Notes: generated from the letters alone by a model not told the origin. 64,000 bases of DNA from a bacterium (GCA_043771335.1 JAYVHM010000001.1:92901-156900), one strand, 5' to 3'. Shown: positions 53,729 through 63,428, counted from the stretch's first letter. Program-made: numbers and translations.

Positions 53729-53751
53729 ATATAATTAAATATTTTATATTT

Positions 53752-56226
53752 TTACAGTTCAAATAGACTTTTACCACTAACAACATTTACTTTTAATGGG
53801 ACTTTGTTTTTAAAATCATAATTGTCTAAAACATTTTGCATACTATCTGCTATTATTTTAGAATATTTTTCTACTTTATCAGCATCACACTCAAAAACTA
53901 ATTCATCATGTATCTGCAACAACATCTTAATCTCTGTATTTTGAATTCTAATACCCATCTCCTTGTCATTATGTTCTGGGTTCAAAATATTATTAACCTG
54001 TATCATGCCTAGCTTTATAATATCTGAGCTAGTTCCCTGTATCGGTGCATTGATAGCAATGCGTTCGCCCTGAGCACGCATAAAAGGCAAGTGAGACTTT
54101 AGGAGTGGCACCTGTCTACGTCTTCCAAAGAGAGTTGAAGTATAGCCATTTTTCGTAGCTTCTAATTTTACTAATTCCAAATAATCTATTAACTCATGAA
54201 AAGTATTTTTAAAATTATCATAAAAATCTTGAGCTGTTTTCCTGTCTGTATGCATAGCATCTTTGAGTGCGCTCACCCCCATACCATAAAGTATACCAAA
54301 ATTAATTGCTTTGGCTTTTCTTCTCTCTTCATCAGTCACTTCTTCTAATTTTTTCCCCAAGACTTCTGCTGCGACACCAGTGTGAATGTCTATATTATTA
54401 TTAAATATATCAATTAACTTTTTATCACCTGAAAGTATAGCTGCTGCACGCAAATCTATTTGTGAGTAATCAGCTGAAACTAATACCTTACCCTCATCTG
54501 CCACAAAGACTTTACGAAAAGCGAGACCTATCTCAGTATTGCGAGGAATATTTTGCATGTTGGGGTTTTCGCAAGAAAACCTACCTGTCGCAGCACCAGC
54601 CTGCATAAACCTTGGATGCACCCGACCGTCATCAAGTATAAAATTATGTAGTGGTTCTATGTAGGTATTAAAAACTTTTGATACTTCACGGAAATTAATT
54701 ATCTTCCCAACTATCTCATGCTCATCTTTTATGCTTTCAAGCATGTCAGCATTTGTACTTCTGGCACCGCTTGCTGTTTTTTTTATTTTAGTTCCAAGTC
54801 CTATATGATCATAGAGAATCTCTCCTAATTGCTTTGGACTAGAGATTAGAAATTCTTTTCCGGCGAGCGTATGTATTTCTTTTTCCAAATTATTTATAAT
54901 ATTTTTTACAAATATTTTTTGCTTTTCTAATTCTGTCACGTTAACAAGCACTCCATTCTCTCTCATATTTTCAAGTATGTCAAAAAGAGGTTCTTCTAAT
55001 TTTTTATAATAATTAAAAGTTCCAGCATCTTGCATTTTTTTCTCTAAAGTTTTCTTTATTATATCAAAATTATTTTGTTCTTCGTCGATATTATGTATGT
55101 TTTTAAGATCTTCTAAGCTAATATTATTTTTCTCACTCTCTATTATACTACTTATTACTTGTAACTCATTCATCTCTTTTTCTGATAATGTAACCACCAC
55201 TTTTATCTCTTCTATTTTTTCTGTATTACCAGAATCAAAATTAGAAGCACTTAATCCTCCTGTTACTATCTCTAAATTAGAATTAGTGTCTTCTTTCTTT
55301 TTAAAAATATTTTTCAAACTACGAAGCTCATATAAATCACAAAGTTTTTCATATTCAACCTTGTCATATTTTTCACCAAAATGATGTTCAAAGTTATTAA
55401 ATATATTTACGTCTATCGGAGCATCTAAGATTATTGTGGCGAGGGTCTTCGAAAACAAGGCATCCTCTTCGTTATTTTTTATATTTTCAAATATTTTTCC
55501 CTTTACTATTTTGTGTATATTAACAAAATTATTTTGCTCATCTTTTTTTATTTGTTCATAAAAATTTTCTACTGTCTTATATTCTTTTAATATTTTTATC
55601 GCTGTCTTTGGGCCTACCCCCATCACTCCTGGTATATTATCGCTGGCATCACCGGAGAATCCTTTGTAGTCTGGGATCTGTTTTGGTGACAACTCGTATT
55701 TGTCCATTACTTCTTTTTCTCCAAAAACACTTACTTCTGCGGCTTTTTTTAGGGTGCAGATTTTTACGTTATCATTTACTAATTGCAATGTGTCCATATC
55801 ACCACTAACTATAACTATGTTGTACTTATCACTATACATTTTTGATATAGTGCCCAGCATGTCATCAGCCTCAAAGCCTTCCATTTCACATATCGGTATA
55901 TTGAGAGCCTTACAAAAATCTTTTGACTGATTTATCTGCACTTTCAAATCCTCATCACTTTTTTGCCTAGTTCCTTTATATGCATCATAAGCAAGGTGGC
56001 GAAAAGTAGGCTTTGGCAAATCATAAGTAGCAACTACATAGTCAGGAGCGGCTAATTCATTCGCAGAAATAATCATTTTTAGGAATCCATAAAGGGCGCC
56101 CGTAGGGCGACCATCCCTAGTGAAAAAGTTTTGCATTGCATGATAACCACGATGTAGTAGCGCATGACTGTCTATTAACATTAGAACTTTTTTATCTTTA
56201 TTTTTACCTTTAAATATTTTTGACAT
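53752..56226 (-). CDS. polA: DNA polymerase I
   Basis: 5'-3' exo (EADD, SGDMD, GDASDNIPGV); Pol motifs ADYSQIDLR, KAINFGILYG, QIHDEL; proofreading domain degenerate. Confidence 0.96.
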   Translation of the reverse strand: MSKIFKGKNKDKKVLMLIDSHALLHRGYHAMQNFFTRDGRPTGALYGFLKMIISANELAAPDYVVATYDLPKPTFRHLAYDAYKGTRQKSDEDLKVQINQSKDFCKALNIPICEMEGFEADDMLGTISKMYSDKYNIVIVSGDMDTLQLVNDNVKICTLKKAAEVSVFGEKEVMDKYELSPKQIPDYKGFSGDASDNIPGVMGVGPKTAIKILKEYKTVENFYEQIKKDEQNNFVNIHKIVKGKIFENIKNNEEDALFSKTLATIILDAPIDVNIFNNFEHHFGEKYDKVEYEKLCDLYELRSLKNIFKKKEDTNSNLEIVTGGLSASNFDSGNTEKIEEIKVVVTLSEKEMNELQVISSIIESEKNNISLEDLKNIHNIDEEQNNFDIIKKTLEKKMQDAGTFNYYKKLEEPLFDILENMRENGVLVNVTELEKQKIFVKNIINNLEKEIHTLAGKEFLISSPKQLGEILYDHIGLGTKIKKTASGARSTNADMLESIKDEHEIVGKIINFREVSKVFNTYIEPLHNFILDDGRVHPRFMQAGAATGRFSCENPNMQNIPRNTEIGLAFRKVFVADEGKVLVSADYSQIDLRAAAILSGDKKLIDIFNNNIDIHTGVAAEVLGKKLEEVTDEERRKAKAINFGILYGMGVSALKDAMHTDRKTAQDFYDNFKNTFHELIDYLELVKLEATKNGYTSTLFGRRRQVPLLKSHLPFMRAQGERIAINAPIQGTSSDIIKLGMIQVNNILNPEHNDKEMGIRIQNTEIKMLLQIHDELVFECDADKVEKYSKIIADSMQNVLDNYDFKNKVPLKVNVVSGKSLFEL

Positions 56227-56233
56227 GTTATTT

Positions 56234-56692
56234 TTAATATATTTCTACTTTTATATTCCTCTCTTCTTCATTTACTTTTTCTATACTTATAATCATGTCA
56301 GCATTTGGAGCATACATGTTTTTGGGCCACTCTATCAAAACTATATTCTCTTTTTTGTTATCATCCAGCCTTAAAACATGTCCTTCTTTTTTATATTCAA
56401 ATCTGTAAGCATCTATATGTAGCAACTTTTTATACTTGTTTTTATAATTATATTTTTCAAAATCTAAATCATATTCACGCATTAGGGTAAAAGTTGGTGA
56501 TTGCATGTGACCATCTATGCAAAGCTCTTTTCCTATTTTTTGAGCAAAAGTTGTTTTTCCAGCACCCATATCACCCTCTAAATAAACAACGAAAGATTCT
56601 TTCTCAGATTCCAAAAAAACTTTTACAATCTCTTTTGCTATATTTTCTAAATCTTCTATTTTTAAGTTGTTGTAACTCTTAAAACTATTCAT
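56234..56692 (-). CDS. tsaE: t6A biosynthesis ATPase
   Basis: LEGDMGAGKTTF, SPTF, HIDAYR, IEW. Confidence 0.95.
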   Translation of the reverse strand: MNSFKSYNNLKIEDLENIAKEIVKVFLESEKESFVVYLEGDMGAGKTTFAQKIGKELCIDGHMQSPTFTLMREYDLDFEKYNYKNKYKKLLHIDAYRFEYKKEGHVLRLDDNKKENIVLIEWPKNMYAPNADMIISIEKVNEEERNIKVEIY

Positions 56693-56733
56693 AAGCTAAT
56701 TATAACACAAAAATAATAATTATAATTTTAGAA

Positions 56734-58569
56734 TTAATGATGGCCCAAAACTTGATTAGTGTGTCTCTTGTGTATCATTTTCTTGTATATATTTCTACCT
56801 AGTATATATAATATTACAAAAAGAATAATACATAATAATAGCTTGAACAGCCAACCACTCCAGAACATTGACTGACTAGAACCCTCACTTGAAGTATTAA
56901 GAGACTTGTCAGTAACTGTAGATATTATGTAAGTGCTAGATTCGTCACTTATCTCATTGTTATTTTCGTCGAGAAGATCGTAAGTTGCTAATGCTGATAC
57001 TATTAAACTTTTTCCTGTAGCCACATTTTTATCTGCTTTTAATTTTAAAATCACAACCCCTTCTTCACCTGCTTTTATTTTATTTATTTCTACAGATATG
57101 GTATTCTCGGCACCAACAGAATAATCTCTTGACGATACTGCTGTCATACCTTCTGGAACTTTTATTGTAAATAAAACATTGTTAACAGTTAACTCACTTT
57201 TATTTTTATAACTTAACTCGTATTCAGAAGTCTCACCAGCATAGACATAATTTGTTTTATTTTCTATGGCTAATAACATTAATTTATCACCCTCTTTTAA
57301 GCTTTCTGTATTACCTTCTGAATCTTTACATATTACTGTAGATTTTACAGTTTTTGTAACTTTTGTGCTTACTTTTTTCACCTGCTCTTCTCTTACTGTT
57401 GAGACGTATCTTTTTGCTTCTGATAAAGTTTTAAAACTTAATATATCACCCCTGTAGGTCCCATTGGAATTTCTAATAACAGCTCGGCAATAATATGTGG
57501 TATCTGGTTTTAAATTAGTTATAGTATTAGAAAAAGAAATAGATTCATCACCAATATCCCCAGAATTAGTAACCTTACCTAGGTCTCTGGTGCTACCATA
57601 TTCAAAATATCCATTAGTGTCTAATCCACTGTGAATATTATCTAAGGCGTTACATCTGGCACTATTCAAGCCTATTTGATTTATATTGGTAGTTATAACA
57701 CTGTCTCTATCTCTATAATTGACTGTGTATGTATTTTGAGTTGACTGAGTGCGTGTGGCATAGGTCTGCATATTGTTACTGCCCGATGGACAGTTTTCAT
57801 TTTCTGGTATATCTTTTCCATTTGCTGATCCACCCCAACAAACCTTTGTACACACTTCATAAAAATTAACCTGACTTCCATCTTTACAATTTTTCTTAAT
57901 AGGCATACAGTTTTGTCCTGAGACATTATAATTAGCTGGGCACACTACTCTTGGTGCGGTAGGTGTGTTATTATATGTTTGAGTGTAGCCATTACCTCCA
58001 CCCCAAATAGTAGGCGTTGGCGGGACATAAGCAACAGGCATTGGAGTTGGTGTATTGTAAACTACAATAGGCTTATATGTTGTAGTGTAGCCATTACCTC
58101 CACCCCAGTTAGTGACTGCAGAAGGAGTGTAAGGAGTTGAGGGTGTGGGTGTAGTATATATAGGAGAAGGTTTATATGTTGTAGTGTAGCCATTACCTCC
58201 ACCACCCCAATTAGTTACAGCAGGAGGAGAATAAGTAACATTAACACCAGTACCCCCTGTATATGTAGGAGTATTGTTATAGGTTGGACTATTCGTATAT
58301 ACTGGATTATTATTGTTTGTAGGGGATGTATACACTGGCGAATTATTAACAGGGCAAGAATAAGGCACAGTTACAAATATACCATCACCACAATCAACCT
58401 GCACAGGGTTATTTGTTGTGGGTGTTGTGTATATAGGATCTGGCTCTGGAGCTGTAACACAGCTAGGACAATCTAAATCAAAATCGTCACCAAATTCAGA
58501 ATAAGAAAAATTAAAAATTAATGTTAATAAAAGAAGGTTGAATAATATATTTTTAAGAATTTTTTTCAT
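56734..58569 (-). CDS. Surface protein: signal peptide, Pro/Thr/Tyr repeats, FN3-like and DUF11-like domains, C-terminal TM
   Basis: GYFEYG..LG, ITNLKPDTTYYCRA, Y.L.YKN.S; C-terminal hydrophobic helix plus basic tail. Confidence 0.8.
   Translation of the reverse strand: MKKILKNILFNLLLLTLIFNFSYSEFGDDFDLDCPSCVTAPEPDPIYTTPTTNNPVQVDCGDGIFVTVPYSCPVNNSPVYTSPTNNNNPVYTNSPTYNNTPTYTGGTGVNVTYSPPAVTNWGGGGNGYTTTYKPSPIYTTPTPSTPYTPSAVTNWGGGNGYTTTYKPIVVYNTPTPMPVAYVPPTPTIWGGGNGYTQTYNNTPTAPRVVCPANYNVSGQNCMPIKKNCKDGSQVNFYEVCTKVCWGGSANGKDIPENENCPSGSNNMQTYATRTQSTQNTYTVNYRDRDSVITTNINQIGLNSARCNALDNIHSGLDTNGYFEYGSTRDLGKVTNSGDIGDESISFSNTITNLKPDTTYYCRAVIRNSNGTYRGDILSFKTLSEAKRYVSTVREEQVKKVSTKVTKTVKSTVICKDSEGNTESLKEGDKLMLLAIENKTNYVYAGETSEYELSYKNKSELTVNNVLFTIKVPEGMTAVSSRDYSVGAENTISVEINKIKAGEEGVVILKLKADKNVATGKSLIVSALATYDLLDENNNEISDESSTYIISTVTDKSLNTSSEGSSQSMFWSGWLFKLLLCIILFVILYILGRNIYKKMIHKRHTNQVLGHH
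57983..58228 (-). repeat. Three intragenic repeats encoding WGGG(G)NGYT
   Basis: gtgtagccattacctccacc occurs three times (about 57983, 58085, 58183). Confidence 0.8.
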
Positions 58570-58571
58570 AT

Positions 58572-59270
58572 TTATTTTTTACACATACCTTCTGGACATG
58601 GTGGACACAGTGGCTCTCCAACATAAAGCCTATTAAAACATTCTGCGATATATGTCTGCTTCACTCCATTTACGTCTCTGGTATATAACTCTGTACCCTT
58701 TTTTAACACAACAAAACCCTTAGTCATAAAATCTTCTCCATTTGCACCCTGTATCTCTCCTACAGAAAGATAATCTGCTTTTAAATTAAATTTTCGCAAT
58801 CCTTCCACTTCCAAAAACTTAACTTCGTCCCCTTTATATTTTTTGATTATACTATTGATGTTGTCAAAAGATTTTGGCTTATAGTATTTTGCTTCATTTT
58901 TTTGGAACTCTCCTGCATGCCAGTCTTTTACTATTTTTTCTAAATCATTATAGACGCTAAGGTCATCTGCTTTTGGATTTTTAAGTATATGTGGGATATT
59001 TTTATTATTTAAAAATTCTTGGAATTTTCTTTTGCTTATCTGATTATTGGCAAAAGCCTGCACCTCGTCTTTTGCTTGCACTTCTTCTGACAAAAATCCA
59101 AGACTGAGGCTAGTGGCAACTACCCCTGCAGCTAACTTTCCAGCACCACCTAAAAAACCTCTTCTACTAAGAACCTCTTCTTCTCCCTCATTTACTTTTT
59201 GTGTGTCAGATAATATGCCTGCAAGAGTCGCTAGGTGTGGTGGCATTCCTAAAATTTGCTTTATATTCAT
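58572..59270 (-). CDS. Twin-arginine-signal protein
   Basis: SRRGFLGG + hydrophobic stretch + VQA; C-terminal CPPCPEGMC; leaderless start. Confidence 0.75.
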   Translation of the reverse strand: MNIKQILGMPPHLATLAGILSDTQKVNEGEEEVLSRRGFLGGAGKLAAGVVATSLSLGFLSEEVQAKDEVQAFANNQISKRKFQEFLNNKNIPHILKNPKADDLSVYNDLEKIVKDWHAGEFQKNEAKYYKPKSFDNINSIIKKYKGDEVKFLEVEGLRKFNLKADYLSVGEIQGANGEDFMTKGFVVLKKGTELYTRDVNGVKQTYIAECFNRLYVGEPLCPPCPEGMCKK

Positions 59271-59321
59271 AATGTAATTATCCCACATTTAAGAGATATA
59301 ACAAAGCATCTTTTGCACATG

Positions 59322-59356
59322 ATAAAATCCCCCGGCCAAAGGCCGTGGGATTTTAT
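59322..59356 (-). terminator. Intrinsic terminator
   Basis: ataaaatccc.cggcc-aaa-ggccg.gggattttat. Confidence 0.75.
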
Positions 59357-59367
59357 TCTAAAACCAA

Positions 59368-61629
59368 TTAATGAGAAGTGTTGTCATTAGAACCTAAACC
59401 CTTAACGTCTCTTAATATTACTCTACCTAACACGAACAATATCATTATTAGTGCTAAAATAGCTACCCACTCTAACAATGTGCTCGGCAATACACTTATT
59501 GATTTTGAAGATTTTTCAATATCATTAGTTTTTGTATTTGAGTCTTTGTTTGTGTCAGTTACCGTAGAAATAACATAAGCAGTTACTTCATCTTTTAAAG
59601 TTTTACCTTTTGTATCTAATACTTCGTAAGATAAGTAAGAATTAAGTACTAAGCTTTTTCCGGCTGTAGCGTTATCATCAACTTTTAATTTGATGATTTT
59701 CTCTACCGTTTCTCCTGTTCTCACTCTTGCATCCTCTATAGTAATAGAGTTTTCAATAGCATCATACTCTCCGATATTCTTATCAACAAAAGTCATATCT
59801 TTTGGAGCTGTAATTTTGGCTATCACATTAGAGAGTGTTAGCTCTGAAGTATTTTTATAAGTTACTTTATAGTCTACAACACCTCCTTTTGTGATTTGAT
59901 TAGAGATAGCCTCTATCCTTACTGTCGCTAACTTCTCACCGCTTTTGATAATATCCTTATTACCATCTACGTCTTGGCAAGTAATGTCTATACCACCTTT
60001 ATCTGATTTTGGTGCTACATAAGTTATTACTTTTTTACTTTTTACATAAGTTACTACTTGTTTTGGTTTTGGAGCTGTGACTACTGGTATGTATTTTACA
60101 TAATCACTTGCTGTTCTAAAGCTCATAAGTTCACCCTTGTAAGTACCGTTTGCATTTACTATAACTGCTCTACAATAATATAAAGTATTTGGTTTAAGAT
60201 TAGTTATAAGGCTTGAGTATTGAGTGTTCATTTGATTGCCAATATTACCAGAATTAGTATTATGTCCAAGTGATTGAGTGGCTCCATACTCAAAGTATCC
60301 ATTAGTGTTAACCCCATTAGCTATCATCGCTACACCATTACACTTTGCACTGTTTTGCATGATTTGTGTTGGTACGGTAGTAACTACTCTGTGATTAATG
60401 GTTATTATATTTCTACAATAGTTATTGTAATCATTTTGAGAATAATAAGTTCTGCTATTTACAGTACAATACCAAGTTGGTGCAGTTACAGTTTTACAGT
60501 AGTTACTGTACTCATTTTCAGTGGTATAATAATATCCATTAATAGAACAGTATTTTTTACATCCATCAGCGTATGATTGATTGGTGGAATATGTCTGACC
60601 ATTTAATGCACAATACATTGTAGTTGGAGCTTTACAGATATTATTAAATTCATTCTGAGTATTATAATAGTATCCATTGTAAGTACAGTATAATCTACAT
60701 CCTGTATTATATGAATCTTGTGTATTATAAGTAGATCCATTTAATGAACAATACCAAGTCTGAGTATTTTTACAATAAGCATCATAAGCAGATTGTGATG
60801 AGTAGTATTGACCATTAATAGAACAATATATATTCACTACTGGAGCTTTACAGTAATTATTAAAGTCTGATTGAGAGTTATAATAATATCCATTAATAGA
60901 ACAGTATTTTTTACATCCATCAGCATAAGACTGTTGAGAATTATAAGTCTGTCCATTTAACGCACAATATAAGTTAACTACATTTTTACAATTAGCATCG
61001 TAAGTTGCTTGCGAGTTATAGTATTGACCGTTAATCGCACAATATATTCTAACTTCTGGAGCTTTACAATAATTGTTAAAGTCTGACTGAGAGTGATATG
61101 TCTGTCCGTTAATAGAACAGTATAAGTTAATAACTGGTAATGATGGTGTTACTGGTGTCGGGTAAGTATATATAGGGCTTGGTGTTGTATATATGGGTGC
61201 AGGATTTGTGTATATAGGATTAGTTGGATAAGTATATATAGGGCTTGGTGTTGTATATATAGGATTAGCTGGATATGTGTACACTGGATCGTTGTATACT
61301 GGATTTGTCGGATATGTATATACTGGATCGTTGTATATAGGCTGAGTATATACTGGGTCGTTATAAATTGGATCAGTATACACTGGGTCATTAGTGTATG
61401 TATTACAACTTCCATAATATTCACAACCATAAGACACCGTATCTACATTATTATTTGTGTAGCCAGTGTAATCAGTGTTGTCATAATTGTAGTCAGTAGT
61501 GTAGTTATAATCATAGTCATACTGAGCATAAACTGATTGCACTACTACAAAGTTAGCATTGAATAAAAATGCAAAAAGCATTGATGCTGTTAATGTTTTT
61601 TTACTGATATTTATAAGGATTTTTTTCAT
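59368..61629 (-). CDS. Surface protein with P(I/V)Y repeats, ten C-x16-C repeats, FN3-like and DUF11-like domains, C-terminal TM
   Basis: Signal peptide ending VYA; C-terminal half paralogous to 56734..58569; LPSTLLEW before the TM. Confidence 0.82.
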   Translation of the reverse strand: MKKILINISKKTLTASMLFAFLFNANFVVVQSVYAQYDYDYNYTTDYNYDNTDYTGYTNNNVDTVSYGCEYYGSCNTYTNDPVYTDPIYNDPVYTQPIYNDPVYTYPTNPVYNDPVYTYPANPIYTTPSPIYTYPTNPIYTNPAPIYTTPSPIYTYPTPVTPSLPVINLYCSINGQTYHSQSDFNNYCKAPEVRIYCAINGQYYNSQATYDANCKNVVNLYCALNGQTYNSQQSYADGCKKYCSINGYYYNSQSDFNNYCKAPVVNIYCSINGQYYSSQSAYDAYCKNTQTWYCSLNGSTYNTQDSYNTGCRLYCTYNGYYYNTQNEFNNICKAPTTMYCALNGQTYSTNQSYADGCKKYCSINGYYYTTENEYSNYCKTVTAPTWYCTVNSRTYYSQNDYNNYCRNIITINHRVVTTVPTQIMQNSAKCNGVAMIANGVNTNGYFEYGATQSLGHNTNSGNIGNQMNTQYSSLITNLKPNTLYYCRAVIVNANGTYKGELMSFRTASDYVKYIPVVTAPKPKQVVTYVKSKKVITYVAPKSDKGGIDITCQDVDGNKDIIKSGEKLATVRIEAISNQITKGGVVDYKVTYKNTSELTLSNVIAKITAPKDMTFVDKNIGEYDAIENSITIEDARVRTGETVEKIIKLKVDDNATAGKSLVLNSYLSYEVLDTKGKTLKDEVTAYVISTVTDTNKDSNTKTNDIEKSSKSISVLPSTLLEWVAILALIMILFVLGRVILRDVKGLGSNDNTSH
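60412..61125 (-). repeat. Ten tandem Cys-pair repeats, consensus YCxxNGxxYxxQxxYxxxC(K/R)
   Basis: Read directly from the translation; near-identical DNA stretches between some copies. Confidence 0.85.
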
Positions 61630-61702
61630 AAGTTTTGTTTTTTAAATTTTTCTATATATTTTAATAATTCTCCATTTTTAACACCTATTTTAGGGTTTTA
61701 TT

Positions 61703-61732
61703 ATTATATCATAATACTTTACAACTTGTCAA
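61703..61732 (-). promoter_or_regulatory. Sigma70 promoter
   Basis: TTGACA-18 nt-TATAAT with TG extension. Confidence 0.65.
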
Positions 61733-61802
61733 GTGCTATGTCTTACTAAAATTACTATTTTCTATATTTTACATAACACTACCATTTTTTAAGCAAAAAG
61801 AA

Positions 61803-61832
61803 AAGCCTAACTAATTTACATTAGTTAGGCTT
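61803..61832 (-). terminator. Intrinsic terminator
   Basis: aagcctaactaat-ttac-attagttaggctt. Confidence 0.75.
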
Positions 61833-61835
61833 ATT

Positions 61836-62001
61836 AAAGTCTATTTATAATCCGCACGACTCATTTTTGCGGTTTAAGCATATCAGTTTTTATGCTGAGA
61901 TAACTTATTGTTGACTGGAAAGTCTATTTATAATCCGCACGACTCATTTTTGCGGTTTAAGCATATCAGTTTTTATGCTGAGATAACTTATTGTTGACTG
62001 G
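61836..62001. repeat. Perfect 83-bp tandem duplication
   Basis: 61836-61918 is identical to 61919-62001. Confidence 0.95.
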
Positions 62002-62961
62002 TTTGTACTTTTCAGCAGTTACACAACCATTAGGGAGCTTGAAATGCTTAGTCATGTCTGGCCAAGCTTTCTTCTCAATCACTTCTTGGACCTTGTCGCA
62101 ATCATTCCCAGTAACTCCACCCAGTATCATGCGTGCATAGCCAGAACCTTCACCATTGGTCCAGTCAGTAACAGTAACAAGACCTGAAGTCTTGTCATGT
62201 CCAAGCTTGAACAGGCGACCATCTGTGGTACGAATACCGCAATAATCTGCATTCACTACTCCTTGAAAAGTTGCCACTGGCCGACTGCTACAACCTTGGG
62301 TGTGGCACACTTGACCAGTTACAGAATTACTTGGACGAGCGACGGAAATGTTTGGAGTAGCCCCTGGGACTTTCATTCCTGAATCATTCCAACCTTTCCA
62401 CTGATATTGGACAGTGCCTGCTACTTCAACACCCTGAATGAGATGAATTTTTTGTCCTGGTAAGTAACATAACCACTCACCACGATCATTCATTTTATCC
62501 AAAGTGCCTGAAGCTTGATCGCAAACTTTTTTTGCTTCGCATTTAGCATCACAAACAGTTTGCATCACTGTGCCCGCATGCACACCCTGCACTACACCTG
62601 GCAGCTGAGCCGTAACTGGTTCTGACATTTGATTACCAGGTAACCAGTTAGTGTAATTGGTGCATGGCGCTGCATGCCAAGCTTTGCTTGTTGGATGTTG
62701 AGCCATTTCAAAGCCAGTAGGAAGAACTACGAATTGATAACCCTGCACTGTTTCCATCTGGATACAGGTTGAGGATGTTAACTTTTCGCGCTTCCAAGAT
62801 TTTGGAGCTGGGCGGTTCAGGCTTGGTGAGTAGAACATTGATGTTCCGTCAGCAAGAGATGACTGACATTTTCCCAAATCAGCAAAGTAGATTTTGTTCT
62901 CTCCTGCTTGTACCATAAATGGAACAAGAGAGAAAAATAAAACAAAGAACCATTTTTTCAT
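61966..62961 (-). CDS. Secreted Cys-rich hypothetical protein
   Basis: Sec signal MKKWFFVLFFSLVPFMVQA; SD AAAGGA; visibly higher GC. Confidence 0.8.
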   Translation of the reverse strand: MKKWFFVLFFSLVPFMVQAGENKIYFADLGKCQSSLADGTSMFYSPSLNRPAPKSWKREKLTSSTCIQMETVQGYQFVVLPTGFEMAQHPTSKAWHAAPCTNYTNWLPGNQMSEPVTAQLPGVVQGVHAGTVMQTVCDAKCEAKKVCDQASGTLDKMNDRGEWLCYLPGQKIHLIQGVEVAGTVQYQWKGWNDSGMKVPGATPNISVARPSNSVTGQVCHTQGCSSRPVATFQGVVNADYCGIRTTDGRLFKLGHDKTSGLVTVTDWTNGEGSGYARMILGGVTGNDCDKVQEVIEKKAWPDMTKHFKLPNGCVTAEKYKPVNNKLSQHKN

Positions 62962-63035
62962 GATAATTTCCTTTAAGAATAAGTAAGTTACTGGGTGCGG
63001 AATGCACTTAATTAACCTGGATCATGTACGTTGTA

Positions 63036-63064
63036 TATTATACTCTTTTAAAACTATTTGTCAA
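63036..63064 (-). promoter_or_regulatory. Consensus sigma70 promoter
   Basis: TTGACA-17 nt-TATAAT. Confidence 0.8.
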
Positions 63065-63090
63065 GTAACTTACAAGAATTAGACAAAATA

Positions 63091-63128
63091 AAAAGCGAAG
63101 ATTTATTTTAATTTAAATCTTCGCTTTT
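63091..63128 (-). terminator. Intrinsic terminator
   Basis: aaaagcgaagattta...taaatcttcgctttt. Confidence 0.8.
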
Positions 63129-63134
63129 GGTGAC

Positions 63135-63428
63135 CTAGATATTACAAACAATCAATTGACTTCCATCGGGATTTTTAATTCCTTTAGAAATCATTCTATT
63201 TGTCTCCACTTGATCTATACCGCTAACACACATTTTTTTTAACTGCTGTGTGGCGGTTGGTTTTACTGATGGTAAAGGCTTTGCATCATCTTGTTTAGGT
63301 GATGCGGGCGATTTTACCGCAGGCGGAGGGACTGGTGCTGCTTTTGGTATCACCGGTGACGCAGGCACTACAACTGCCGGAGCAGGAGGAGTAACTTGTG
63401 GCACCGGAACTACTTTTTTACAGCGCAT
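63135..63428 (-). CDS. Pro-rich ORF, probably the -1 frame continuation of 63410..63940
   Basis: Overlaps the upstream ORF across A_AAA_AAG; no SD of its own. Confidence 0.55.
   Translation of the reverse strand: MRCKKVVPVPQVTPPAPAVVVPASPVIPKAAPVPPPAVKSPASPKQDDAKPLPSVKPTATQQLKKMCVSGIDQVETNRMISKGIKNPDGSQLIVCNI

Noticed and set aside
56094-56112. Third copy of the GGCGCC hairpin inside polA
   Set aside because: Imperfect, and explained by the conserved GRPTGA coding motif
57983-61400. CRISPR or DGR template/variable repeats in the surface-protein genes
   Set aside because: Repeats are in-frame protein repeats with synonymous variation; no adenine-specific mismatch pattern noticed and no reverse transcriptase in the window
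53123-61968. Alternative genetic code (TGA = Gly, as in Gracilibacteria/Absconditabacteria)
   Set aside because: Conserved genes are uninterrupted under code 11, and TGA ends genes at 53123 and 61966
61836-62001. CRISPR array
   Set aside because: Only two abutting 83-bp copies, no spacer, no cas genes
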